From positions 69,485-133,484 of the forward strand of contig CAWJZV010000033.1 of the NCBI GenBank assembly GCA_963847445.1: DNA of 64,000 nt, written 5' to 3'. Shown here piece by piece: positions 32,622 to 43,452 of this stretch. The stretch is from an uncultured delta proteobacterium (GTDB taxonomy: Bacteria; Desulfobacterota; Binatia; UBA9968). A model generated the notes under the pieces. The model saw nothing but the letters and a program-made list of their open reading frames with translations, searched no databases and was not told the DNA's origin. Within the stretch, counting starts at the first letter, position 1. Each line of letters opens with the position of its first letter. The position numbers and the translations under genes were made by a program.

Positions 32622-33734
32622 CTACTTCTGCGGCAGCACTTCTTTAACCAGTTTGAAGATCGGCGTCAGATCCTGGTACTCGGGTTTGGCCAGATCGAAA
32701 TATTTTTTTCCTGGGTCCAAGCGATTGGTTGGATCGACGTCGTCTTTGGGGATATCGATGCGCCGCGAGTTGTGCGCGTCGGGGCGGCCCAATTTCTGCA
32801 ACGCGATCTGTCCTTCGCGGGACAGCAGCCAGTTGATAAATACCTTGGCCGCGTTGGGATGCGGCGCGCGCGTCGGGATGCCGAGTGTGCCGCCGGCCGC
32901 GCTGAGGCTGCCGCCCTCTTTCCATTCATCTGTGTCGAAATAGCCGATCGGCAATTGCTGCTGCACCGCTTTGCCCACTTCGCTGCCGGCGTTGCACCGG
33001 ATGCACAGCGGAAACTTTCCCGTCGATAGCCAGTCGGTCATCTGGCGCGGGTCGCGGCCGGTCGTGATTTGCATCTCGCCATAAAGTTTCTTGAGAAACG
33101 GCGGGCCGAGCTCCGGGTGATGGTAATAAAATTGCAGCGTGGTGCCCATACCGAAGCTCGTCGGATCGAGGGAGAGCAGCTTGCCCTTCCACTTCGGATT
33201 CAACAGATCCCAGTGGGATTTGAATTCGCCGGGATTGACCTGCTTGAGGTTGTAAGTAATTTGGCCGGACTGCGAGTTGGCATTGAAGGCGAATATGTAA
33301 CGCCTTTCCGTATCGATGTAACGGTGCTCGCCGTCGTACCATTTCGATTGATCGACAACCTCGGGAAGCAGCAGCGCCGGCTTGATCGGGTCGAGCGCGT
33401 GCGCCTTGTGGAGCGCGTCATGCAGGGTATTGGCGCCCGAGCTGACAACGTCGACGAGATATTTGTCGCCACGCCGTTCGGCGAGAATCCGCGCCGCTAA
33501 TTGGCCTCCGCTAAGCACCGTCGAGACTTTGAGTTTGGGATATTTCTTTTTGAAGCCTTCGATAACCCGGTCGTAGTCGTAGCAGCAACCGTACAACGTC
33601 AACTGCCCTTCCGACTCGGCGGCGCGCAACGTCTTGTCCCACTCCGCCTGCCAGTTCGTCTGGGCGGAAACAAAGTCGATGGTTGCTGCAAGCAAGACCG
33701 CAACAATGAAAAAGAATCGCGGCGCAATTTTCAT
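32622..33734 (-). CDS. ABC-type extracellular solute-binding protein
   Basis: Signal peptide MKIAPRFF..., WDKTLRAAESEG, DLLNPKWKGK, APHPNAAKVFINWLLSREGQ. Confidence 0.88.
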   Translation of the reverse strand: MKIAPRFFFIVAVLLAATIDFVSAQTNWQAEWDKTLRAAESEGQLTLYGCCYDYDRVIEGFKKKYPKLKVSTVLSGGQLAARILAERRGDKYLVDVVSSGANTLHDALHKAHALDPIKPALLLPEVVDQSKWYDGEHRYIDTERRYIFAFNANSQSGQITYNLKQVNPGEFKSHWDLLNPKWKGKLLSLDPTSFGMGTTLQFYYHHPELGPPFLKKLYGEMQITTGRDPRQMTDWLSTGKFPLCIRCNAGSEVGKAVQQQLPIGYFDTDEWKEGGSLSAAGGTLGIPTRAPHPNAAKVFINWLLSREGQIALQKLGRPDAHNSRRIDIPKDDVDPTNRLDPGKKYFDLAKPEYQDLTPIFKLVKEVLPQK

Positions 33735-33927
33735 AACGCAACTAAACCGAATTAGCTTCGCACGGTTGATCGAAAGCGGGCGAACGCCGAACCCCATACG
33801 CCTACCCTATGGGATCATTTAATGAATCCACAGATCTCATGCAACCCCGCTTGCGCCGGAGACACCGGTTTGTCGCATCTGCATCACAAGCGCTCAGGTT
33901 GGCGGGCCGACTTGTGAACGCGAATAA

Positions 33928-34831
33928 TCAGCGGGCCGGAAGAATCAAGTCAGACGCGTCCTCACAGTTGAGGCACTCGTCGCCCCGACTCAGAAACCAC
34001 AACTTGGCTTCGTGCCGGTCGATCGAATTCACCGCGTCGCTGTCGGGCACCCAATACTTGTTCGTAATTCGGCGTCAGACGTCGATATCGCAATCCGGTT
34101 GGACCGAATCGAGCAGCCAAAGTGCGTACCCCGCGAATCGGCAAGAGGCTGGCGATCCTAAAGGCCGGCGCAGAGCGCACGGGAATGACTCGCTTTGATG
34201 AGTTTCCCGGTCAGATCGAAATCGGAATAGGGTCTAGCTTCATAACCCTCGGCCGCCCAAGACGAACAATTCCAGGCTGGCAACAGAAACATCACGCCCT
34301 TATCCCGTGTAACCCGTCGAGCCTCACGAAATGCCTGTTCGGGATTGGGCACATGCTCGAACACCCAGATGGACCACACTCCGTCAAAGCTATCGTCGGG
34401 AAACGGCAATGCCGTGGCCGAGCCTAGGACAAATTTCTTGTGGTAAAAACGCGCCACGCTGGGAGAGATATCGAGCCCGGTATAGTTTTCCGCAACATCC
34501 TGCAAATACCCTCTTCCAGAGCCGATCTCCAAAACCGGGCGATCGCCTAGTTTGAATTCCTTAACAAACGCCGTTACCTGCTCTTCAATTCGAAACTCTT
34601 TGGCGGCCGCCTCGGCGACGCGAAGATATTTCGTTTCGTATTCGGTTTTTGCCTGGCTTTCGCTTACCGGCGCTCGATAGGCGTCGGTATAATATTTTTG
34701 CGCCGCCGCGATCTCTTGCTGCGTCAGCGGCGCGTCAACGTCATAGGGAAAATGGAGGACACCGAGGAGGGTTAGAAGAAACGGCGCCGCGATCAATACA
34801 TGTTCTTATTGCCGCTCAAATATTTCTTCAT
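33928..34831 (-). CDS. Class I SAM-dependent methyltransferase with N-terminal hydrophobic segment, frameshifted
   Basis: VLEIGSGRG, GLDIS, LPFPDDSFD, VFEHVPNP; C-terminus YWVPDSDAVN...GDECLNC continues in other frames; ends approximate. Confidence 0.75.
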
Positions 34832-35012
34832 TGCTTCCATAGCCACGCACATCAACCGGTCAGCAAATCAACGACTAAATCAACATGACGCAGTCGTAAC
34901 CGCATTGTACTGGTTCAAGCGTCTGCTGGCAACACATAGGCTGCCAGATCTCATCATGTGGCTATTCGACCGAGTCTCGAACGGCGCTGCGAATCGGCAA
35001 TCGAATATTCGT

Positions 35013-36734
35013 CTAATGACTGCCGCAGATCACATTCAGCACCGCTTGGCGCTTCTCCTCTTTGACGACTTTGAGGGCGCGCTTGAGCGCCGGCAGCACT
35101 TGTTGCGGGTCGTCGACCATCTCGCCGTAGCCGCCATGGGCCTCGACGACTTTTTCGTAGCGCGGCGACGGCGCTAACTCGGTCAACGGAAAATTTCCCG
35201 TGCTCGCCGCCCAGCCGTCCGGCATCACCTGCTGGGTCGCCGCCTTGCTGGCGTGCCAGATCGCATTGTTGCAGATGATCGTCAGCAGCGGCAGGTCGTA
35301 CGCCTCCGAAACAAAATGGCAGGCGGTGGGATTGTTGAACATATAAGTTCCATCGCCGACGGTGACGATCAAAGTTTTCTCAGGGCGCGCGAGCTTCATG
35401 CCCAAGCCGCCGCCAATGCCCCAGCCGAGGCCGCCGGCGGGAGAACCGCCGTAGTAACTTGCCGGCTCGCTGATATTGAGAACTTCGTTGCCGATGCCAT
35501 GATCGCTGATCACAATGGTGTCGGCGTCGCGCACTTGATCGACGCAGTAGGCCAGCCACGCGTGGCTGATCGGTCTCTGGCTGCCGCCATGCTCGGCTTT
35601 TTCTATAAGCCCTTGGCGATATTGTTTGTGCTTGGCGCGAATCTTTGCGGCGCGCTCGGCGAGTAGTTTCTCATCGCGCGGGCCGCTGTTTAATTCTTGC
35701 GCCAGCAATTCCAGCGCGAGCTTGGGATCACCGCCGATGGAGATGTCTTTGGGGAAGTTGCGGATTGGAATGTCGCCGTAGTTCGGATCCCGGGCGATCT
35801 GAATCACCTTGGCGCTTTCTGACGGCTTGGCCTGCTGCGGATACCACGGCACGTCCGACTCGACCACGACGATGACATCGGCGTCTTTGACATAGGGCGC
35901 GAGCTGACGCCGAGATGAAACTCGTGGGTGTTGGGCATGCTCACGAACGGACTCGCCGGCGTGACGACAGGCGCGACTAACGCTTCGGCGAATGCAACCA
36001 TCGCGCTTACCGCCGTCGGATCGGAACCTAACCGGCCGGTGATGATCAATGGATTGACCGCGCCGCGCAATATCTCCGCGGTGCGCTTGATCGACGCCGG
36101 GCTCGGCTGCAACGCTTCGGCTTGGGCTTTGCGATTGGGATGGATCGTGATCGAGTCCATCTTTTGCGCCAGCACTTCGCGCGGCAGCGTCAAATAGACC
36201 GGCCCCTGCGGCGTGCCGAGCGCCATTTCCAGCGCGCGGTCGACGACGGTTTCGACTTGATCGCCGTTGCGCAGTTCGTAGTCCCAGCGGGTGAACTCGC
36301 GCAGCAAGCTGCCCTGATCGAACGACTCTTGCCCCCAGTGAATGAAATTACTCCGGCTGCCGCGCATACCCTTCTTCGGTCAGCGGCGTCCGGCCCGCGG
36401 AAAATAGCATCGGCACATTGAGCCGCGACGCGTTCATCACCGCCGCCGAAGCGTTGCCCGTGCCGACGATGACATGAACCATCACCACCTGCGGCTCGCC
36501 GGTGATCATCGCATAACCCTGGGCCATGCTGACCGCGACAAACTCATGGGGCACGGTAATCGGCATCGGATGGATTTTTTTCTCCGCGCCAAAGCGCGCC
36601 AACGCGTCGATGACCGGCCCAAAGTCCGTGCCGCTATTGCCGAAGAAATATTTGATGCCGCGCGCGCGCAGAACTTCCAGGTACGCCTGGCCGACGGTCT
36701 CGACTTGAACGGTTACGGTTTTGTTGGTTTCCAT
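35013..36734 (-). CDS. Thiamine pyrophosphate-dependent enzyme (ALS/benzoylformate decarboxylase-like), frameshifted
   Basis: FGNSGTDF, PHEFVAVSMAQG, IHWGQE, GLGWG, TPP motif GDG...NN. Confidence 0.9.
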
Positions 36735-36858
36735 TCATAGGCTCCTCATTATTGAATCCGGTTTAATTTTTACCCTAATTTGCCTAGTAAAGGGAAACAG
36801 TTTTCTTGCAAGCGCTGCATGAGGCAGGTCGGCACCGCCTATGATATGAAAATCCCAT

Positions 36859-37225
36859 ATGAAAGACGCTCAAGTGGACTCGTTGGTGACCTGGATCACC
36901 GAAGCCGGGCTGTCAGGATTGGGCGAATCGGCAATATTGACCGGACTTTGCGAGCGCCTGCTGGCTCTCGGCGTACCGCTGCGCTCGCGCCAACGTGGTC
37001 ATCGACACTTTGCATCCGGTTTACCAGGGCCGTGCTTTCACCTGGGAAACGCGACAAGATGGAGACAATGCTCTCGGAGTTCGGCCGAAGCGACGAGGGC
37101 GAGGATCGTTGGGAGCGCAGCCCATTTTACCGTCTGGAACTTTATGGCGAACAAATCTTCCGGCGCCGTTTGACTGCCGCGACTATAGCCGAATTTCCGA
37201 TCTTCGCTGATCTCAAGACCGAAGT
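36859..37225 (+). pseudogene. Truncated N-terminal sensor region of an adenylate/guanylate cyclase-family gene
   Basis: WITEAGL.G...GLCERL..GVPL...IDTLHPVY.GRAF.W...WERSPF...RRRL...EFPIF resembles that family's N-terminus; no cyclase domain follows. Confidence 0.6.
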
Positions 37226-37237
37226 AATTTTTCTGGA

Positions 37238-37266
37238 TTTTGTGCTCTTTGCGTTCTTTGCGGCTA
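37238..37266. repeat. Single arm of a 9-bp-period CTTTGCG element
   Basis: ttttgtgctctttgcgttctttgcggcta. Confidence 0.6.
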
Positions 37267-38178
37267 ACTCCCCCTATTCAACTCCGCGATGTAATCGCGC
37301 AGGCCGGCTTCCAACTTGTACTCGGGACTGTAGCCCAATTCCGTCTGCGCTCTTGTGATATCCATGCGTGGGCGCGCCGGCGTCAGCTTGCCGCGCTTCA
37401 TGTTAACGCCGGGAAAAATCGCTTTGAGCGCGGCTTCCACGTCTTCCACGGTCGTCAACCGGCCGCTGCCCAAGTTGAAAACATTATGCGGCAGCGGCGA
37501 AGTATGCACGGCCAAAGCAATGCCGTTTGCCAGGTCCTTGGCATAAATGAAATCGACGGTCTCATAAACATTGAGCGTCACCGGTTTTCCAGCCATGGCG
37601 TCCCACACCGCCTGCTGCACCGCCACGCCCGGACCACCGGCGACCGAATAGTAACCGTAGACGCCGGCGAAGCGCAGCAGCGCCAACTCGATTTTATGCT
37701 TTGCCGAGTAGGTGCGCAGCACATGTTCGCAGCCGATCTTCGACGCATTGTAAACCCGCTCGCGGCAATCGATCGGCGAGTCCTCGCGCAGCAACTCTTT
37801 TGGATCTTCGCCGGCATAGACCGCCTGGGTGCTGGCATGGACGAGCCTGCGCACGCCGGCCAAGCGCACAGCCTCCGCGACGTTGATCGCGGCGACTAGA
37901 TTTACTTGGAAGCCGGTATAGACGTTGTTGATATTGGCCTCGCCCACCGACGCGGCCAGATGAATCACGCACTCCGGCCGCACGGTCTGAAACGCATCCA
38001 CCAGCGCCGCCAGATCGCGGATGTCGCCGCGCAGCACCGGCAGATCCTTGCCGGTCACCTGGCGGATATAATCCGGCCGCGGCGCGAAATCGAAAAACGT
38101 CACCTCATCGCCGCGGTCGATTAATTCCTTTGCAGTGTGGGTGCCGATTAGGCCGGCGCCGGTTATTAGTACGCGCAT
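37264..38178 (-). CDS. NAD-dependent epimerase/dehydratase (extended SDR)
   Basis: [18 protein letters not shown]. Confidence 0.92.
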   Translation of the reverse strand: MRVLITGAGLIGTHTAKELIDRGDEVTFFDFAPRPDYIRQVTGKDLPVLRGDIRDLAALVDAFQTVRPECVIHLAASVGEANINNVYTGFQVNLVAAINVAEAVRLAGVRRLVHASTQAVYAGEDPKELLREDSPIDCRERVYNASKIGCEHVLRTYSAKHKIELALLRFAGVYGYYSVAGGPGVAVQQAVWDAMAGKPVTLNVYETVDFIYAKDLANGIALAVHTSPLPHNVFNLGSGRLTTVEDVEAALKAIFPGVNMKRGKLTPARPRMDITRAQTELGYSPEYKLEAGLRDYIAELNRGS

Positions 38179-38205
38179 CGCTAACCTCCAATTTATTTTG
38201 AAGCC

Positions 38206-38297
38206 CGTTCAAGGTTCAAAAGTTCAAGGTTCAAGGTCAGAATCCGACTCGGACGTTGAACTTGACGTTGAACACTTGAACCTTGAACCGTTGAACG
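38206..38297. repeat. Palindromic element with GTTCAA/TTGAAC about 7-bp-period arms
   Basis: cgttcaaggttcaaaagttcaaggttcaagg...gttgaacttgacgttgaacacttgaaccttgaaccgttgaacg. Confidence 0.85.
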
Positions 38298-38302
38298 GTC
38301 AG

Positions 38303-39350
38303 TTATCCGTCCACCTTCAACTTATAAAACCGCCGGGGATTATCAAATAATATTTGCTTCGGCAGCGCCTCCGGCAAATCTTTGCGGTTAACTAGCGTAT
38401 CGATGTCGCCGCTGAACTCATCCCAGGGGCGCTCGTGGGGAAAATCGGACGCCCAGAGCAATTGCCCCGCGCCGATCATATCGGCCACCGTCGCCAAGGT
38501 GCGCTCTTCCCGTTCGCAGGCGTAGTACAGATTGCCGCCGCTCATGATTTCGCTCGGCGATTGCTTGGTCGGGTGCGGCCAGCGCTTGCGCCGGTGCTCC
38601 CAGCTCTCGTCCAAGCGATCGGCCATATACGGCACCCAGCCGCAGCCCGACTCGAGATAGGCGACGCGCAGCTTGGGGAAGCGTTCGAACACGCCGTAGA
38701 TCATCATGCTGGTCAACTGCTGCATCTGCGCAAACGGGTGACTCAGCGGATAAACGCCGGCAAACGACTGCATATGCTCCAAGCCAAGCTCCACCGCCGG
38801 CCCGCTATGCACGGCGAGCGGCACATCGAGCTTCTCAGCCATCTGGTAAATCGGATCGAACTCCGGCAAACCCAGTCCCTTCATCGGGCTCATCACGCCC
38901 GGCAACATGCCGGCAACCATGCCGAGCTCGCGCACCGCACGTTCCAATTCCTTGCGCCGCCTCCTGCGGCTCCTGGGGCGCCAACAGCGCCACGCCTTGA
39001 AAGCGCGGGCTGACGCTCAAGAAATCATGATGCAGCCAGTCGTTGTACGCCCGCGCCAAGCCGACCGCCCAGTCGCGATCGCGCTGCAGGCCGATGTTCA
39101 GGCCTTCGTTGGGATAAAGAACGGTGAGCGCGATCTCCGTCGCATCGAGAAAGCGCAGCCACAACTCGACGCTCGGATGCTCGCGTTGCGTCGGCGACAA
39201 CGCCCCGCGCGCCCAACCATCCCAGGAAAACAACGGATACTCGCGCTTCCCCGGCACGGCGCGAAACTCCGGCGGAAGAAACTCCCTCAGCTCGTGATCC
39301 TTTTCCAGAATGTGACCGTCGGCATCGATGACTGGGAAAGATCGTTTCAT
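38303..39350 (-). CDS. Amidohydrolase family protein (Amidohydro_2), frameshift near 38955
   Basis: VIDADGHILE, VLYPN, AYNDW, LAVH, FPKLRVAYLESG, ASDFPH. Confidence 0.9.
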
Positions 39351-39662
39351 GGCTTCGTCTCCGACGAGATTCTTCTTCGCGAGAAATACAAAATAGCGCT
39401 CCACTGCTCTTCTACTACCGCAGCGTTGATTTCGTCAACATGAGCGAGCGGAAACTGAACGCAAGACCGGATCCGCACTTCTCAGCGGCATCTCCAAGAC
39501 CAGCCCAAAACTTGCAGATAGAAAAACCACAACCCCGAGATCGCCAGGTTTTGGGAATTGACCGATCAGTTCTTGCTTTTCAGCGATCGATGCTGCTAAT
39601 CCAGAATCCTGAAAGTACAATGCAGCCTTGATGCGTAATCACCGAGGGGTTAATCTTTTGAC

Positions 39663-40451
39663 GTGACAGCTACGGCTCATAGCGGCGTCCGATACCGTAG
39701 GCGAAAGTCGAGACGGTTTGCCAAACTCGTCCGGAATCGCAGCATCGTCTGGTGGTGCATCCTGGGGCTTGCCGGGTTCTTCACGCTTAACTTGGTCTAT
39801 CAGGTGTTCCGGAAACCTGGTGAGCTCTTCGCTCCGGTCAGTGGCTCCTTCTCAAAGACTCCCCCATCCACATGGCAAACTTACGGCGCGCTTTTTAAGA
39901 AATACTCTACAAGCATTGTCTCGCCGGAACTGCTCGCCGCGCTGGCGCAAGTCGAGAGCGACGGCAATCCCGTTGCGCGCACCTACTGGCGCTGGCAATG
40001 GTCGTGGAATCCTTTGGAAATCTATCGGCCTGCCTCGAGCGCGCTCGGCATGTTTCAACTCACCGACGGAACTTTCGCCGAGGCGCGCAAGTATTGCATC
40101 CGTGATCATAAAGTTGCCACCGAAGATCCGCGGCACGATCAGGGTTCCTGTTGGTTCAATGGCTTGTATACGCGAGCCTTGCCGAGCCATGCGGTCGAGT
40201 TGACCGCCGCCTATCTGCACCAGAGCGTCGTCGATACTTTGACCGCTCGCCGCGCAACCAAAGCCAGCCCCGGCCAAAAACAAAAACTGGCTGCGGTGAT
40301 TCACCTCTGCGGATTGCAAAGAGGACAAACTTTCGCTGCCCACGGCTTTCGCGTGACGCCCGGCGAACTTTGCGGCACACACAGCCTGCAGCGTTATCTC
40401 AGTCAAATTGACGTAATGAAAAAACGCTTTGCGCGACTAGCTGGAAATTAG
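39663..40451 (+). CDS. SLT-domain lytic transglycosylase-like membrane protein
   Basis: TM helix, LAALAQVES (catalytic Glu), ALGMFQLT. Confidence 0.8.
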   Translation: MTATAHSGVRYRRRKSRRFAKLVRNRSIVWWCILGLAGFFTLNLVYQVFRKPGELFAPVSGSFSKTPPSTWQTYGALFKKYSTSIVSPELLAALAQVESDGNPVARTYWRWQWSWNPLEIYRPASSALGMFQLTDGTFAEARKYCIRDHKVATEDPRHDQGSCWFNGLYTRALPSHAVELTAAYLHQSVVDTLTARRATKASPGQKQKLAAVIHLCGLQRGQTFAAHGFRVTPGELCGTHSLQRYLSQIDVMKKRFARLAGN

Positions 40452-40891
40452 GGGAACCATACCCCAATGCTTCTACTTCTTATCGACCCGATGGCCGTGA
40501 TAGTTCATATAAGATCTATTGGGTTTTGCTGCTCTGACATAACCTCGAGCGCTTAAACAACTTACACATACTTATATTTAGGCCTATCGAACTCTGCGTC
40601 TTCCTTTTCCAATTGCTCTTAGAACTTTTTGTGGATCAGCATGTCGTCATCGCGTTACTCGGTGGTGTTGCCGACATGGTTCAATGTCGAGATTCAGAAC
40701 GCGCCGATCGGCCATTGAAGCCAGCATCGATTGTGTCAGAATCTATTTATTTGTTTCTTTGTCGTCAGTGCGAAAACTATTAAGGAAGTAAAAGTCTGAA
40801 CCCCGATGCCGCCGCCGGCAACATGTCCCTGGAATGAGCTTCTCAAAATTGTTTAATATATCGGTGAAATAACTCTGTGGAGTCCACGATT

Positions 40892-42142
40892 ATGAAACTC
40901 GTCGCCAGGTTACTTGGGGTATTTCTGTTATCGAGTTGCGCCAAAGTACTCCCGGTCTACAAAATCCCGGAATTGACTCTCGGCGAACCGTCATTTTTCC
41001 CAACCATCGAAGCCCACACGGATGCGCCAATCGTCGGTGAAAACCGCGTCGATATCTTGCTCAATGGCGATGAAACCTTCCCGCCAATGTTACGCGACAT
41101 AAAACTCGCTAAACGCTCGATCACGTTCGCCCAGTACCTCTACGAAGACGGTTCGATCGCTTACGAATTGGCGAAGGCATTTGCCGAACGATGCCGGGCA
41201 GGGGTCGTCGTCAACATACTTTTAGACAGCCATGGAACCAATACGCCCGCCGAGATCCCCGAGATAATGCGCGATGCCGGTTGTCAGGTGGAGTTATTCC
41301 GCAGGGTCGAAGCACCGCAGGTATTCTTCGTTTGGAAGTTGCTGAGATACAACTATCGCAACCATCGGCGTATTCTCGTAATCGATGGTCGGATCGGGTT
41401 CACCGGCGGATATGGAATCAGTGATGCCTGGACCGGAGACGGTCGCACGGCAAATCACTGGCGCGAAACCAATGCGCGGATCGAGGGTCCGCTCGTAAAA
41501 AACCTCCAAGCCGCGTTCGCCGAGAGTTGGCTGGAGGCGACCGGGGCGCTGCTCGGCGGCGATGATTATTTTCCTCGGCTCGAGCCGCGGGGAAAAATTT
41601 CAGCGCAGATCGTTAAGAGCTCGCCGATTGGCGGTAGCTTTCAAAACTACATGCTTTTTTTGATCTCGATCGCCTCCGCGCGAAAATCCATCTCGATTAC
41701 CAATCCATACTTCATCCCTGACGATCGAATGATCAACGCTCTGCTCGAGGCCGTCGCCCGGGGTGTCCAGGTAACCGTGCTGGTACCCGATAAAATTGAC
41801 CACAAGATTGTTTATCGAGCCAGCCGCAGCAACTTCGGTAAGCTGCTGCTCGGCGGCGTTCAAATCTTCGAATATCTGCCCGCGCTCATGCACGCTAAAA
41901 CCATGGTTGTGGATGGAATTTGGGCAACCATCGGCAGCACCAACTTCGATAATCGATCCTTCGCGCTCAACGAAGAACTGAATCTTACAGTTTACGACCG
42001 CGCCTTCGCTCATCGTCTCGACGAGATTTTTGCTAACGACCTCAAGCATGCCAAAAAAATAACCTACCAGGAGTGGGACTCGCGCGGATTTAAGGAAAAG
42101 TTTTTCGAGCTTTTCTCTTTTCCCATTAGAGAGTGGCTGTGA
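40892..42142 (+). CDS. Cardiolipin synthase / phospholipase D family protein
   Basis: RNHRRILVIDG (variant HKD) and MHAKTMVVD...GSTNFDNRS; NPYFIPD. Confidence 0.9.
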   Translation: MKLVARLLGVFLLSSCAKVLPVYKIPELTLGEPSFFPTIEAHTDAPIVGENRVDILLNGDETFPPMLRDIKLAKRSITFAQYLYEDGSIAYELAKAFAERCRAGVVVNILLDSHGTNTPAEIPEIMRDAGCQVELFRRVEAPQVFFVWKLLRYNYRNHRRILVIDGRIGFTGGYGISDAWTGDGRTANHWRETNARIEGPLVKNLQAAFAESWLEATGALLGGDDYFPRLEPRGKISAQIVKSSPIGGSFQNYMLFLISIASARKSISITNPYFIPDDRMINALLEAVARGVQVTVLVPDKIDHKIVYRASRSNFGKLLLGGVQIFEYLPALMHAKTMVVDGIWATIGSTNFDNRSFALNEELNLTVYDRAFAHRLDEIFANDLKHAKKITYQEWDSRGFKEKFFELFSFPIREWL

Positions 42143-42474
42143 TTCCAAACGCTCGCGGACCGGGATTCACCACTAGATCGAGTTCCGTTGCCACAAGGGC
42201 AAGAAAGTGATCAAAATTAATTCCAGTTCGAGCGGAATAGACTTCTCGCCGACCAGGTTGAGCCAAACAGAAAACCCCAGCCGACAAAAGGATCGCCCAG
42301 AATACGGGAGCAGCTACTGGGCGAACGGCGTATCAGACGCCAGGCGCTATCGTTACAAATCCGCTACTTTCTTTTGGTTTTTATCCCGATACACTAAAGG
42401 AAACACTGGTGACTCGGTAGCGGTGCTTCTTGCTCCAGTGCTTGTAATTTTTGCTGGAGGAGCATCAACACCCA

Positions 42475-43182
42475 ATGTATTTTTCACGCCTAATCGTTTT
42501 TGTTTTTGCGCTCTTAGCTACCACGGCGACGTTCGCCGGCATGACATCGCCGCTATCCCTACCGCAGCGCGTCACTGCCACTGAACTGATACCGTTCACC
42601 AGCTCGCGGAAGGAATTCAAGATCATCGACGGCAAGGACCAGGGACGACTCGTGCCGGTGACGTTTCAGGCTGATGCTACGGATGAAAAGAGATGGAAGC
42701 TCAGCTTCGGCGATTACGGGCGCATTTTTCTGCGCAGCACTTCCGGCGCCCTGATCATGGATCGGCTCGACCTGTATAAGAGCAAGAGCTACGTCCTCTA
42801 TGAACCGGCGCTACGGGTGCTACCAGCCGAGATCGAGTCCGCGGGCGCCGTTCTGCGGCAGACGAGGTACAAAATGTATAGCGTTGAGACCGGCAAGCTC
42901 AGACGCGCCGGCCGTGTGACCCATATAGTCAAACGGATTTCGCCATCACAGTTCAGCACGCCGGCCGGTCTTATCGACGGCTATCACATCGAGATCGAGC
43001 ACAAGATGGAAATGGAATACAATAGCCAACTCTTGTTGACGGTTGGCCTGGGCTGCCGTTTAGACGAGGGTTTGGTGTACGGATTGGCGCAGTACAAGCT
43101 TAGCAAATTGGGCGGCCTCTTGACGGAAACGAAGACCAGTGCGGCGGCGCTCTCCAGGCGGTCGTTTGAACCCAATTCTTGA
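42475..43182 (+). CDS. Hypothetical exported protein
   Basis: Long ORF with signal peptide MYFSRLIVFVFALLATTATFA. Confidence 0.6.
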   Translation: MYFSRLIVFVFALLATTATFAGMTSPLSLPQRVTATELIPFTSSRKEFKIIDGKDQGRLVPVTFQADATDEKRWKLSFGDYGRIFLRSTSGALIMDRLDLYKSKSYVLYEPALRVLPAEIESAGAVLRQTRYKMYSVETGKLRRAGRVTHIVKRISPSQFSTPAGLIDGYHIEIEHKMEMEYNSQLLLTVGLGCRLDEGLVYGLAQYKLSKLGGLLTETKTSAAALSRRSFEPNS

Positions 43183-43452
43183 GATGGCCTATCCCACTTG
43201 AATTCAGTTGCCGGAGGGAAAGATTCTTTTCCCGTCCGGTCGAATTTAGCGTCTAAGTCATACTCTTGCCACTTCGCCCGCACTCACGGCTTGCGGTCAC
43301 CTTTGCGCAGGAATTGCAGCTTACCCTTTCCCTGGCCAATATAAAAAAGTTTAGTCCCATTGGCTTGGACTTAGGGGAAAGTGCCCTGATGCTTATAGTC
43401 CAAATCGAGCAGCTAGCCTACGTAGGCTTCGGCGATTCGCGCTCGGAATAGC

